Below are positions 11,280 through 26,397 of a stretch of DNA of 64,000 nt, piece after piece (within the stretch, counting starts at the first letter, position 1; each line of letters opens with the position of its first letter). The position numbers and the translations under genes are program-made. Location: NCBI RefSeq assembly GCF_006345805.1, contig NC_042997.1, positions 145,204,001 through 145,268,000 of the forward strand, in the 5' to 3' direction. Origin of the DNA: Octopus sinensis. Its lineage: Eukaryota. The notes below the pieces were generated by a model. The model was not told where the DNA came from, did no database searches, and saw nothing but the letters and a program-made list of their open reading frames with translations.

Positions 11280-13212
11280 CACACATATATACATACATTT
11301 GTATACATATGTGTCTGTGTGTATACCAGTTGAACACTGGGGTTGATGTATTTAACTTAAGTACTCGTGGATAAGAGTATAAAAGCTTATATTGAGCCAG
11401 TATAGCAGAGTAGGCTCATCAAACCAGTATGATCACAAGCTCAAATTCAGAGCCACCACATCTGACCATGGTTGGTGGAGAGAACATGCTGAGGCCTTTA
11501 TCCTGCAGTGAACTGAGCATAGGCAATCCAATCCAAAGATGATATGGAATATGGATGATGAAAATGATAATAGATTGAGCTGGAAGAATTTATCAAGATG
11601 CCAGTATTACAACTGGTTGTTTTAACAAACGAGCACTCTCTATCCTATATCTATCATTTCTAGTTTGATTGCCTTCACAGTAGCAGAGAAGCACAATGTC
11701 TTTTCTTTCACGTAGCTGGTAAATGAGATGCAAAGGGAGACAACAAACAAGCAAAATAAATTTTTACATCCAGCAGAAAAATAAAAACACAAAAGATCAT
11801 ATGTTTCTTTTTTTTTAATATCATATATTTATTTCTAATATTTATCCATTCGGTCATTTATATGTTTCTGTATGTATGTACACAAACACATGCATTTGCA
11901 AGTGTGTATATATAATATATTTATATATATATATATGCATACACTCAAAGATTGATATAGTTTACCTTCACATACACACACAGGTTTATCTAATAGGACA
12001 TATTTACAAGATATCTGTAGTTTTCTTTTAGAAAACGCACAGTAAATTTCTTGACTAAAAGAAGTGTTCATCTTTTGTTTCTTTTATTATTTTTTTTTAA
12101 ACTTTTTTTTTTGTTTTGCAATAAATAAAAACAAAGAACCACAAACAAAGTTATTTTCATAACACCCATTTGTCATTTGTTAATGTGAAAATTTTTCAAC
12201 TGGGAGAAGAAAGATAGAGATAGAAGGATAGATTTTAACAACAAAATATCTTATAGTCAAGAAAGGTGGTAGTGGTGGTGGTGGTGGTGGGGAATGGGTA
12301 TAAAACACTTTGACACATGTTTGTATATGTGAATGTATAAATATATCAAAGTTCTGTGTAAATATATTGAAATTCTGTATAAATAAATATGATATACTTT
12401 ACATTAAAGAAAATTTATTAAAAAAAAAAAAGAATCCAGTCTTAAGTGTGAAATAACTTTTAGATAGATGTATAATAATTTTGTCGATATAGACAGTACT
12501 ATATCCTTATCTAGGATACATGATAAAAAATATTTTAAATATGTTTAGAAATAAAAGAAAACAAAATTATTACTAATGTTTTCCCTTAACACTTTTTAAC
12601 TACTGAAATATTACAAAAAAAAAATGTATAATATATATTATATATATATTTATATAAGTCTATGTTGGATGAAATCAAAAGGCGCCAGTATTCATATAGC
12701 TAAATCATTCACCATTCTTATTTATAATCCATTATATCTCAGAAATTCTTGAGGATTCTTCCCATCCAGAATACATTCTCTCCAAAAGAAGTTGGCAGAC
12801 AAGTGGTGGTGGTGGTAGTGGTGATAGTAATAGTAGTAGTAGAAGTAGTAGTAGAAACAGAGGTTAAGAATGAAGGTTAGTAATGAAATGGAGAATAATG
12901 TATAAAAGATCCAAGATAAAGATAATAGTGTGCGTGGGCATGCATGTGAACGGAATGGGTGGGTGGGTGGTTGGGTTTAGTACATGTATTTCTTAAAATA
13001 GCAATAGAGCAAAATGCAAGAAGCTATGGGTTGTGAGTCGGAACAAATACTACATTTACTCAGAGATTGCCAAGTTAGGTCGTGCGGGATGTAAAAAATA
13101 ATCCACTTATTTTTCATGAAAGGAAATATTAATTTATGAATCTAATTTACGTCCACAATAGATTAGTAAAAATCTGTTAATTGATAGATTGTTTAATTGT
13201 ATTTTATCATCA

Positions 13213-13676
13213 TCATATATATATATATAATATACATACATAGATATATATCGATATATATATACCTATATATACATATATATACATATATAATAATATA
13301 ATATATATACATATACATATATATACATAGATATATATATATATACATATATGATACATATAACATATATACATTATATACATATCATATATATACATAT
13401 ATATATATATAACTATATACATATATAATATATATACATATATATATATATACTACATATATTACATATCTATCATATATACATATATATATACATAGTA
13501 CATATATATAACATATACATATATATATATATACATATTAGACATATACATATATATACAGATATACATATATATATATACATATTACATTATACATATA
13601 TATACATATATATAATACATATATATACATATATATCATTATATACATATTACATATATATACCAATATATATACC

Positions 13677-13710
<34 letters not shown>

Positions 13711-13748
13711 CATATATTATATATGACATATATATATATATACATAGC

Positions 13749-13779
<31 letters not shown>

Positions 13780-13797
13780 ACATACATATATATATAT

Positions 13798-13830
<33 letters not shown>

Positions 13831-15471
13831 CATTATATATATAACATATATATACATATTATATACATACATACATACATCTATATATATATACATACAT
13901 ATCATATATATATACATATATATATAACATATATATACATATAAATCACAAACATATAAACAAATAAATACACATAAGAAATAATATTACATATATAAAA
14001 TACCATACATATATATATACATACATATATACATACATACATATATAACTACAACATATATACATACTACATATATACATACATACATATATACACATAC
14101 ATACATATATAATATATATATACATACATATATATATACATATATACATACATACATATATACCTACTACTTATACATATATAATATACATATATACAAT
14201 ACATCATATATACATACAGACATATATACATACATATATATATACATCATACATATTATATACATACATACATAATATATATACATACATATACATACAT
14301 ATATATATATCATACATATATATATACATACATATACATACTATCATATACATACATATATATACATATAGATATATAATATATAGATACATACATATAA
14401 CATATATATATACATATATAATACATATATATATATACATATATACATTATATACATATATATATACATATAATAATATCTACATATATAATTATACATA
14501 TATACATATATATACATATATTATACATCATTATATATACATATATATATAACATATATACATATATATATACATATAATATATTTAAAACATATATATT
14601 ATATATATATATACAATAATATATATATACAATATATATATATATACATTATATATACACATATATATATATATATATACATATATATATACATATATAA
14701 TATATTATTATATACATATATATATATACATATAATACATATATATATATACATATATATACATATATATATATAGATTATACATATATAATAATACATC
14801 TATATACATATATATATAACATTATATACATATATATATATTATACATATATATTAATATACATATATAATATACATATTATATACATATATATATAATA
14901 TATACATATATAATATACATATATCATATAACATATATATTATACATATATATATACATATATATATATACATATATATAATATATACATATACATATAT
15001 ATATATACATATACATATATATATATACATATATATATATAGACATATACATATATATACATATACATTATATATACATATATATATATAACATATATAA
15101 TACATATACATATATACATATACATATATATACATATACATATATTATATATACACTATACATATATACATATACATATATATATAATATATACATATAT
15201 ATATAATACATATACATATATATACATATACATATATATATATTAACATATAACATATATATTATATACATATACTATATATATATATACATATATTATA
15301 TATATACATATATATATATACACATATATATATCTAACATTATATATATACACATATACTATAATATATACACATATCATATACATATATATATACATAT
15401 ACATATATATACATACATATATATACATATATATTCATATATATATATATATATATATCTATAACAAATAT

Positions 15472-15505
<34 letters not shown>

Positions 15506-15555
15506 CATATATACTTATACATATAATACATATATATATCTACATATATATATAC

Positions 15556-15590
<35 letters not shown>

Positions 15591-16320
15591 ATATATATAG
15601 ATATTACATATATATATACATATATATACATATATATTATATACATATATATACATATATATATACTATATCATATATATATATACATATATATATAATA
15701 TATATTATAATATATATATATATATATACTATATATATACATACATATATATATCATTATATCTATATACATATATATACATATATAATATACATATATA
15801 CATATATTATATACATATCATATACTATATATATACATATATATATACATATATAATAACATATATATAATATATACATATATATATATACATATATATA
15901 TATACATATATCTATATACATATATATATATACATAATACTAATATACATATATATATACATATATTATATACATATATATATATACATTATATACATAT
16001 ATATATATACATATATAATATCATATATAACATATAATAATATACATATATATATACATATAATATACTATATATATACATATATATATACATATATATA
16101 TACATATATATATACATATAGATATATATACATATATTATAATACATATATATATATACCTATATATATAATACATATATATATATACATATATATATAT
16201 ACATATATATATATACATATATATATATCAATATATATATATCATATATATATACTACATTATCTATATACATATATATATATATAACATATTATATACA
16301 TATATATATATATATATAAT

Positions 16321-16369
<49 letters not shown>

Positions 16370-16435
16370 ATATACACTATATATACATATATATATACAT
16401 ATACATATATATATATACATATATATATACATAAT

Positions 16436-16466
<31 letters not shown>

Positions 16467-16467
16467 C

Positions 16468-16502
<35 letters not shown>

Positions 16503-16658
16503 CATATACATAATATATAATATATATACATATATATACATATATATATACATATATAAAATAATATACTATATATACATATATATATATAGATACATTA
16601 TTATATATATATTACATATACATATATATATATATACATATATAATATAATATATTAC

Positions 16659-16693
<35 letters not shown>

Positions 16694-17270
16694 CATACAT
16701 ATGATATATAAATACAAATATATATATATATAATAGATATACATTATATAATATACATATTATATCAATATATATAATATACATACATATACATATATAC
16801 TATATATACATACATATATACATATATAACATATATATATATATACAGATATATACATATATATATATAGACATACATATATATATACATACATATATAC
16901 ATACATACATAATACATACATACATATATAAACATAAATATACATAATACATATACATACATACATATATTACATATATATATTACATACATATACATTA
17001 CATTATTAGACATACATACATATATACATACATACATATATACATATTACATACATATATACATACATACATATACACTACATACATATATACATACATA
17101 TATATACATACATACATATATATATATATACATACATATATATATACATACATATACAACATATAATATATACATACATATATATATACATACATATACA
17201 TATATATATATATACTACATATATATATACATACATATATATATATATATATACATACTATATACATATA

Positions 17271-17302
<32 letters not shown>

Positions 17303-17491
17303 CATATATACATATATATACATATATATATACATTATATATATACATATATATATATACATATATACATATATATACATAATATATACATAATATAATA
17401 TATATATATATATATACATATATACATATATATTATACATTATATATATACATATATATATATACATATATATATATATACATATATATAT

Positions 17492-17529
<38 letters not shown>

Positions 17530-17807
17530 CATATATATATACATATTATATATATATCTATAAATATATATATTACATATATATACATATATATCTAGAC
17601 ATTTATATCATACATATAGATATATATATATATACATTATAATATATACAGATTATATATACATATATATATATACATATATACATATATATATATACAT
17701 AATATAATATAGATATATATTATAATATATATAATATATATATATATATACCATATATATATACATAATATATATATACATATATATATATATACATAAT
17801 ATATACC

Positions 17808-17840
<33 letters not shown>

Positions 17841-18415
17841 CAATACATATATATATATACATATACATATATATATTATACATATATATATAGAACATAT
17901 ACATTATATATAACATATACTATATATATTACAATATTATATATATATACATATACATATATACATATACATATATATAACATATACATATATATATATA
18001 TACATATACATATATACATATACATATATATCTATTATATATACATAATATTATACATATACATATATATACATATACATATATATATATATACATATAC
18101 ATATATATATAATATACATATACATATATAGATTATATATACTATTATATATATATACATATATATATATACACATATATATAATATACACATATATATA
18201 TATACACATTTATACATATTATATATATACACATATACATATACATATATTATACATATACATATATACATACATATAATATACATATATATATACATAT
18301 ATATATACATATATATATATTAACATATATATATATATATATACATTATATCTATATATACATATATACATATTTATACTATATACATATATATATACAT
18401 ATATATATATACATA

Positions 18416-18467
<52 letters not shown>

Positions 18468-18514
18468 TATTATATATAACATATATATAATATATATATA
18501 TACATATATATACA

Positions 18515-18551
<37 letters not shown>

Positions 18552-19140
18552 CATATAATATAATATATATCTATTATATATATATATACATATATATATA
18601 CATATATATATACATATATATATATACATATATATAATATATATATATACAATATACATATATATATATACATATATATATATACATATAATATACATAT
18701 ATATATTACATAATATATACATATATATATACCTAATATATATACATATATATAATATATATATATATATAATACATTAATATATTATACATATATATAT
18801 ATATATACATATATATATACATATATTATATATACATATATATATATACATATATATATATACATTATATATATATACATTATATTATATATATACATAT
18901 ATTATATACATATTATATCATATATATATATATATATACATATATAATACATATATATATACATATATATTACATATATATATATACAATATATATATAT
19001 ACATATATATATATACATATATATATATACATATATAATCATACATATATATATACATATATATACCTATACATATATATATATACATATATATATAACA
19101 TATATATATATACATATATATATTACATATATATCTATAC

Positions 19141-19174
<34 letters not shown>

Positions 19175-19769
19175 CTATATATTACATATATATATATATA
19201 TATATAATATATACATATATATATATACATCTATATATTACTATATATATAACATATACATATATATATATACATATATATATACATATATATATATATA
19301 TTATATATATACATTACATATACTATACTATATATATATAGATATATATATATATATACATATACATATACTATAATATATATATACTATATTATATATA
19401 TATATATATAACAATATATATATATATATATACACATATATATGCATATATATTATGTAGATATTATATATATACATATATATATGCATATATATGTATG
19501 TATATATATTATATATGCATATACATATGCATATATATGTATATATATATATATATATGCATATATATATGCATATATATGTATGTATATATATATATAT
19601 GCATATATATGTATGTATGTATATATACATATATATATGCATAATATGTATGTATATATATATATAATATATATATATCATACATATATATATATGCATA
19701 TATATACATACATATATATATATGCATATATATGTATATATATATATATACATACATATATATATATGC

Positions 19770-19800
<31 letters not shown>
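13213..19800. repeat. ~6.6-kb imperfect (TA)n/(TACA)n microsatellite array
   Basis: Continuous alternating purine-pyrimidine sequence; produces dozens of spurious Tyr/Ile/Met/Cys ORFs. Confidence 0.97.
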
Positions 19801-21502
19801 AATAAACATTAGTAACCAATAATGAGGAACCTAATCAATAAGCTTGAAGCAATTAAAGATATATTGCAGCTTCTAAGTGTGTTGTTACAAACTTAAACTT
19901 GAATCTAGAATTATTAGTAAAGAAATCAGTGCCAAAACGAGAAACGTTTATCATTAATTAGACTGAGAAATTTAAAATGTTTGCAGTATTTCTACAACCT
20001 TTCAGTGAGATGCTAACCAAATAATCACTAACCGAAAACTAGAGACGGCGGAAATTTTGTTCAAATTAATAGACTGTTACTTTTATTGTCATTGTCAAGT
20101 GTTTAAGAAGGTCTCCTTCTCAGTCATAAGGTTCCGAGATCAATACCACTGCGTGACACCTTGGGCACGTTTTTCTACCATAGTCATGGGTTGACACAAG
20201 CCTTGTGAATGAAATTAGGTAGACAGAGACTGTGTGGAAACTCATCAGGTGGAGTGTACCCGCAAATTCGAAGGCCGGTTTTGTTACACACACAAAGCAT
20301 CACGCTGATTCTGCCTGAAGATTTACATTAAGGATACAAGTGGCTGTGGAATGTTCAGCCACCTACACTATTACACAATGAGTACAGAGCTCCACTGATT
20401 GGACAAGTGGAACTGTAATTTATTGAAGTTGACACAAGATCCATTCATTCATATCAAGGAATAAGTTTTGATCATTATTGAAACTTACTAGTGTAACTGT
20501 TTCAACAATTTGCAAACCGGTTTGTTTTGTTTTTGTTTTTTCCCAAATTGAATGAGAAAAGACATATACTATTAGTTTCCAAATGCATACATGTAAAAAA
20601 AACATTATGTCTGGGGTAACTAGCTAGCCTCATTACATAGATATTAAAAGAGATTCTCTGTTATACAGTTCCTCCTTTATAACAAACATACTAGTACAAA
20701 GAAAGAAAAATGAGGTAAGGTTAAAAAAAAAATTAATAAAATAGAGGGTTTCAGAAATACAGAAAATTTGCATTGATTATCTTTTAAATGGAAAAATAAT
20801 TAATAATTTCAAGCTCAAACAGATTTGACTAAAACAGAGAAACATTGTTTTACTTTATGTATTTTATGTGAGAGAAAAAAAAATTGTGTTCAATTAGATG
20901 AAAGGATCACACAGGGATGGAAAAAAAAAATGAACGAAAATGAGGGTAGCTTACACCTTGGTGACATATATCACTCTCCTCCTACCTTTCGAGGCTGGAT
21001 CACAAATAGTCAAAAGCTTAAGGGAAATAAGAGATGTTGGGGATGAGCACACCATTTGAGGCACACATATGCACAATCAATTTAATGAGGCACAGATCTG
21101 TGATACAAGAAAAGGCTTGAAATATGTGAAACAAAGTGGAAATTGAATACAAAATGACTCTACTATTAATCAAGTAGGTCAGACACAACCCTTAAAAATT
21201 GCTGCTCTGGAACTACTTTGATACAATTTGCAATTTGAACATAGAATTGTTGGTTTATTTTTCATTTATATACCTCTTTGTTTTTGCTTTTTTTGCTTTT
21301 TTAAATATAAACATCATAACTTCCATCATCTTTTATCACCTTTAAACAACTCATAATCATTTTGAAAACAGCTTTTGAAAACATTAGCATAGCTCTCCAA
21401 ATAAAATTACTATGTCCATTATAATTTTTACTACAGATAATTTTTCTTTCTTTTTATAAATCATTGTAATTTTAAAGTTTGACATAAATTTCACATAGTT
21501 AT

Positions 21503-23209
21503 TTAAGATGTTTGGGCCACATCTCTAGGTGTTGATGGTTTTATTTTAGCTAAAAGCTTTGATGAAAGTGGTGATAGGGATTGCAGGGGAGGAGAAGTGG
21601 AACAACAATGGTTAACATTTTTGTTGGTTTTGTTATAGTTGGATGGTGGTGGAATTGGAGAGGGAAGGGAACAAGCTGGAGATGAAGAATATATTTTTGG
21701 AGCTTGAATAGAAGGCAGAGTTGAATTGGAGCCAAGATTCAGTAGATGGTCTTTATCATGGATCAGCAAACACGTTGCAAGAATTTTATTTGGTTCACTC
21801 ACTGTTATAGTAAACTTTGAAACACCAGTGTTCGGAGACACACGTAGAGCATGGCTTTTACCACCGGGAAATTTACATTCAAGTTCATCGATAAAAATTC
21901 GAATGAGTTCTTTTAAAAATCCCCCATGGCTAACAATTAAGACGTCAGCTATACTTTGATGGCAGCTATCCCCATCATCAAAACTACTGCTACGACCAGA
22001 GCTCATACTGGAGAAGTTAGAGTGGCGATGTTCGAGTAGAGGAGAGAGCGATACATTGGGACAGCCATGCTTTGTTGTCTTTGGACATGGGATGCTCCCT
22101 CGAACCTCAGCATCTGTAACTGGTACTGTGAAAGGAGAGTCATAGCAGGAATCAGAATTCTTAAAACAAAAATCGTCGTCGTCGTCATCGTCATCATCGT
22201 CGTCATCATCATCATCACCTTCATTATCAAGAGTATCTTCATATTCATCATCCAAATGAGCTGTGATACTATTGTCATCAGAATCTAGTGTCTCACTCTC
22301 CTCCTGGAGACTGGAGAAACCAGAACTACTTGATGAGTTTGACCTTTTCATGTTTCCTCCAAGGTTACCATTCCCATTGCTAGTATTTGATGCACCATCA
22401 GTATGATCAACAATATTGCTGTCATTAGTAGAGGTTCTATTATTATTATTATTATTGTTTAACCTAATATCACCGGGTTTTGCAATACCAGACCCAATGG
22501 CTGAATTTACACCATTGGATCCAGTATGATTGGGGTTAACATTATTGGCTCCTTTGTCCAAAAGCGTTACAGGCAAAGAGTTTTTTGATACTCTTGCTGT
22601 TTCAACCACAACCAAAGAGGAAGAAACTGAGTTAATAGATGCACTGTTTTTATTTTCAGGCTTTGCTATTATATCATTTTCACAGCCATCATTCAGTTCG
22701 GTGTTATTACTTTCCAAAGATGACAAAGAATTCCTTGTTCCTGCAGATACTGCCGGAGTACATCCATCGTTACAGTTCTTATTTCTGCTACTGCTATTTG
22801 TCAATTCCTGAACTGAAGAAATCGTCCCAGAACTTTTATTAGAATTTACAGTGATTCCTTGATCGCTGAGAGTTGCTGGGACAGAATGCTTTATTCTGCT
22901 GCTGCTCTTTTCACTTACGATTCCAATTTCCAGCTTTGAATTTGGGTTGTTGTGATGCTTAGCATGTGTGTGTCTTCTCCGCTTGTGTTCACTATCATCG
23001 TAAGCTGCAGTTGTTATCACTGGTTTTATATTTACTGAGCAATCAGTCTGATCAGTTTTAGGCTGTTCATGCTCTTGTTTTGTACTATTGATTGCATCTA
23101 TATAGCGGCGCTTAATTGGTGCAGGTACATAATTGCCATCTTCTACCTGGCTGCTTTTACGTATTTGATCACACAAATCTTTGAAGAATGATTTTGCCCT
23201 TTCTTGCAT
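21503..23209 (-). CDS. TIGAR: TIGAR-like, last coding exon (568 aa) with long low-complexity insert, VLIVSHGG catalytic His and C-terminal PNTGVSKF strand
   Basis: Polypyrimidine tract plus ag at 23210-23211 directly precede ATG CAA GAA AGG. Uninterrupted 1707-nt ORF ending in TAA. Motifs RAKSFFKDLC, ADVLIVSHGGFLKELI and SPNTGVSKFTI are typical of TIGAR. Confidence 0.9.
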   Translation of the reverse strand: MQERAKSFFKDLCDQIRKSSQVEDGNYVPAPIKRRYIDAINSTKQEHEQPKTDQTDCSVNIKPVITTAAYDDSEHKRRRHTHAKHHNNPNSKLEIGIVSEKSSSRIKHSVPATLSDQGITVNSNKSSGTISSVQELTNSSSRNKNCNDGCTPAVSAGTRNSLSSLESNNTELNDGCENDIIAKPENKNSASINSVSSSLVVVETARVSKNSLPVTLLDKGANNVNPNHTGSNGVNSAIGSGIAKPGDIRLNNNNNNNRTSTNDSNIVDHTDGASNTSNGNGNLGGNMKRSNSSSSSGFSSLQEESETLDSDDNSITAHLDDEYEDTLDNEGDDDDDDDDDDDDDDDFCFKNSDSCYDSPFTVPVTDAEVRGSIPCPKTTKHGCPNVSLSPLLEHRHSNFSSMSSGRSSSFDDGDSCHQSIADVLIVSHGGFLKELIRIFIDELECKFPGGKSHALRVSPNTGVSKFTITVSEPNKILATCLLIHDKDHLLNLGSNSTLPSIQAPKIYSSSPACSLPSPIPPPSNYNKTNKNVNHCCSTSPPLQSLSPLSSKLLAKIKPSTPRDVAQTS

Positions 23210-23644
23210 CTAAAACAAAAAAAAAAAGATATATTCAGTAAAACAATGCTTTAATAAAATGGTACTAATTGGAAAAAACAATTATAAATTATATAAAAGT
23301 GTCTTTTAGTCAGTATGTATAAATCACTTTAGAGTGTATCTTCCACAAAATTATTACAATAAAAATCAGGATCTAAAGAAGAAATTATTACATGCCAACT
23401 AAACTAGTGAATGAAAATGTTTTAAGCTCTTTATATAAACATCTTGACAGATTTATTAATATTTTGGTTAACACTTAAAACTGATAATATTTTTAAAATC
23501 TTTTTCAGTCCAAGAGAAAGGACAAACCTCCCATGACCCATTACAAAGCCTTAGGAGAGGAGGGAAGATATCCTAAAACAAGAAACCTAACTTGGATGCT
23601 TGCTACTGAGTGAATCCTGCAAGAAGTATGAAATGTGCCCAGTA

Positions 23645-23880
23645 GTGGAGGCATGTGGCTTAGTGGTTAGGGTGTTGGACTTGTGATCCTAAGACAGTGG
23701 TTTCAATTCCTGGACAGGACAACAAATTGTATTCTTAAGCAAAATACTTTATTTCACATTGTTCCAGTCCACTCAGCTAGCAAAAGTGAGTAATCTGGTG
23801 ACAGACTAACATCCCATCCAGGGAGAAATATATATGCCACAGAAATTGGCTCTGAGTCTATGACTCTGGAAGGATCTTTT
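23645..23880 (+). mobile_element. SINE family B
   Basis: ggaggcatgtggcttagtggttagggtgttggac...ccagtccactcagc. Confidence 0.72.
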
Positions 23881-24292
23881 TACCTTTTTATCATCATCTG
23901 CCAAGTAGGGGTGTTAAATTTAGCAATGGAGTGGATGGGGTTTTGTAATCTTCTCTTCTACATGGATTACAAGAACATCTTGCTTGTACATTTCATTTTG
24001 GGCATGGTTTCTACAATGAGATGCTCTTTCTAACACCAACCATTTTACAAGGAGCACTGAGTGCATTTATCATGGCACCAGCATCTGAGAGGTTACCATG
24101 TCCATTTTGAGACCAAAGAGTCCTCTTGACATTACACTACCTCTGCTTATTTGCCAACCTTTTTACAAATTGTAATTCAACACTTGCTGACAGTTTGACA
24201 GGAGCTGGTAAGCCAGATTATTGTGCCAAGTTCCACTATCTACTTTAGCATGGTTTTATGGCTGGATGCCCTTCCTAATGCCAACCACCACC

Positions 24293-24800
24293 ATCATCAT
24301 CATCATCATCATAGTTTAACGTCCGCATTCCATGCTGGCATGAGTTGGACGGTTTGACTGAGGCCTGGCAAGCCTGGAGGCTGCACCAGGCTTCAATCTG
24401 ATCTGGCAATGTTTCTACGGCTGGATGCCCTTCGTAACGCCAACCACTCTGAGAGCATAGTGGGTGCTTTTTACATGCTACTGGCACAGGAGTCAGCCAG
24501 TCAGGGGGCACTGGCATCGACCACGTTCACATAGTGCTTTTTACATGCTACAAGCACAGAGAGCCAATCAGGCAGCACTGACATCAACCCACACTCAAAT
24601 GGTGCTTATTACATGCCACCAGCATGGGTACCAGTCAGGCGGCACTGGCCTCAACTACAATTTCACTTGACTCAACAGATCTCTCAAGCACATCATATTG
24701 CCTGACACTTCAAGGGTACTTTATTTTAAATGGGCCACTGGCATCGGCCATGGCTGCTATCTCACTTTACTTGCTGGGCCTTCTCATTCACAGAATATCT
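24293..24800 (-). mobile_element. RTE 3'-end copy (5'-truncated LINE or RTE-dependent SINE) with (GAT)n tail
   Basis: Homologous to 3123-3560, including ggatgcccttc.taacgccaaccactc and the gtgctttttac subrepeats. Confidence 0.8.
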
Positions 24801-25031
24801 CCAACTACTTTACAGATTTTTTTTTTCTTTTTATATGTGGTACCAGCATCGGTGAAGTCCACTTTCACATGGTTTTTATGACTGGATTCCCTTCCTAACA
24901 CCAACCACTATACAAAGTGGAATGGGATACTTTTTACGTGACACCAGCCTTATTAATATTCTTATGAAAAGTTTTCTTTTGTAATTTCATATAAGTTTCT
25001 GCTGCACCCACTGGTGTAGCTTTGTGTTCCT

Positions 25032-25070
<39 letters not shown>

Positions 25071-25148
25071 TGTGTGTGTGTGTGTGTGCAACATTGTGTT
25101 ATTATTTTTGTGGGGGTTTGAAGAATGTTTTATTATGGGGTTCAGTTT

Positions 25149-25382
25149 CTTGTTTCTTTATTGCCCACAAGGGGCTAAACATAGAGGGGACAAACAAGAG
25201 CAGACAAAGGGATTAAGTCAATTACATCGACCCCAGTGCGTAACTGGTACTTAATTTATCAACCCCGAAAGGACGAAAGGCAAAGTCGACCTTGGCAGAA
25301 TTTGAACTCAAAACGTAACGGCAGACGAAATACCACTAAGCATTTCGCCCGGCATGCTAATGTTTCTGCCAGCTCGCCACCC
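25149..25382 (-). mobile_element. SINE family A (young, near full length)
   Basis: Near-identical to 28216-28446 and 40597-40830. Confidence 0.85.
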
Positions 25383-25744
25383 TTGTTTCTTGCTATATTA
25401 GCATATGTTCTGTGTATAATGCGAGTTGTGTTACTTTATTGAGCCTTAATCTAGTGGTTAGGGTGGTGCACTCACGATCATGGTTTCAATTCCTAGACCA
25501 GGTGGTGTGTTGTGTTCTTGAGTAAAATACTTCATCTCATATTGCCCTATGATCACTTTGACACCTGATACGTGGCAAACTGTGCACTTGCTCCGGCAAT
25601 GTTAATTTGATGGAAGGAGCAAGCTAATGTACAACACATACATTTGATCACTACAAACAAATCATTTGTGCAGGTCGTTCGGCAAAAGCTGAACGCTCGT
25701 ACATCGTCTTCGATGGGGTATTCTGTCATCATTATTATTAGTTT

Positions 25745-25985
25745 ATGTGTTGGTGTCACATAAAAAGCACTCAAGCCAATACCATGTAAAAGTGCTTGTG
25801 CCATTGGTACATTAAAAGCACCCAGCACACACTGTAAAGTGGTTGGCATTAGGAAGGGCATCCAGCTGTGGAAGCCAAGCCAAATCAAACTGGAGTCTGG
25901 TGCAGCTTCCCAGCATGCCAGCTCTGGTCAAACAGCCCAACCCATGCCAGCATGGACAACAGGCATTAAAGGATGATGATGGTAA
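25745..25985 (+). mobile_element. RTE 3'-end copy (diverged)
   Basis: aaaagcacccag...gtggttggcattaggaagggcatccagctg...aacccatgccagcatgga...gatgatgat. Confidence 0.7.
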
Positions 25986-26069
25986 TTGATGATTAATGAT
26001 AATGATGAGTGATATGATGATGGTGATTATTATTATTATTATTATTAATGACTTATGTAAAAGAATTAC

Positions 26070-26180
26070 CTGTTGTAGAGTTTCTGCGCCAGTTGGTGTA
26101 TAATTGGCCACAGAAGTATTTATTTTTTTAGCAGCAGTCACCAGTTCACGATAACCTTTTCCCTCAATGATACCAAATTT
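26070..26180 (-). CDS. TIGAR: TIGAR-like, 111-nt phase 0/0 exon: KFGIIEGKGYRELVTAAKKINTSVANYTPTGAETLQQ
   Basis: ttttag acceptor at 26181 and CAG|gtaatt donor at 26069. Resembles the vertebrate TIGAR segment KYGVVEGK...FTPPGGETLDQ. Confidence 0.9.
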
Positions 26181-26397
26181 CTAAAATTATTAAAAAAAAA
26201 GTAAATATAAAATAAACAGTTAATACGATGTTGTATACATGAAAGATAATGAAAAAAAAAAATGAAGCAGAAATGTTTGTAATTTAAACAATATTTTGCA
26301 CATAATTTAATTCAAAGTGTGCATTGCACAGACACAAATATATTATTAATACATCACTATCACTCATATCATTTTAATATTTTGTAATATGGTAAAA

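Noticed and set aside
11640-13200. 3' UTR or last exon of a second gene
   Set aside because: AT-rich with AATAAA motifs, but no linked coding exon can be identified from sequence alone.
13213-19819. Dozens of Tyr/Ile/Met/Cys-rich ORFs
   Set aside because: Translations of the (TA/CA)n microsatellite, with no coding signal.
19801-20090. Penelope GIY-YIG tail plus hammerhead remnant next to the TA array
   Set aside because: Resemblance is too degenerate; neither protein motif nor ribozyme core can be reconstructed.
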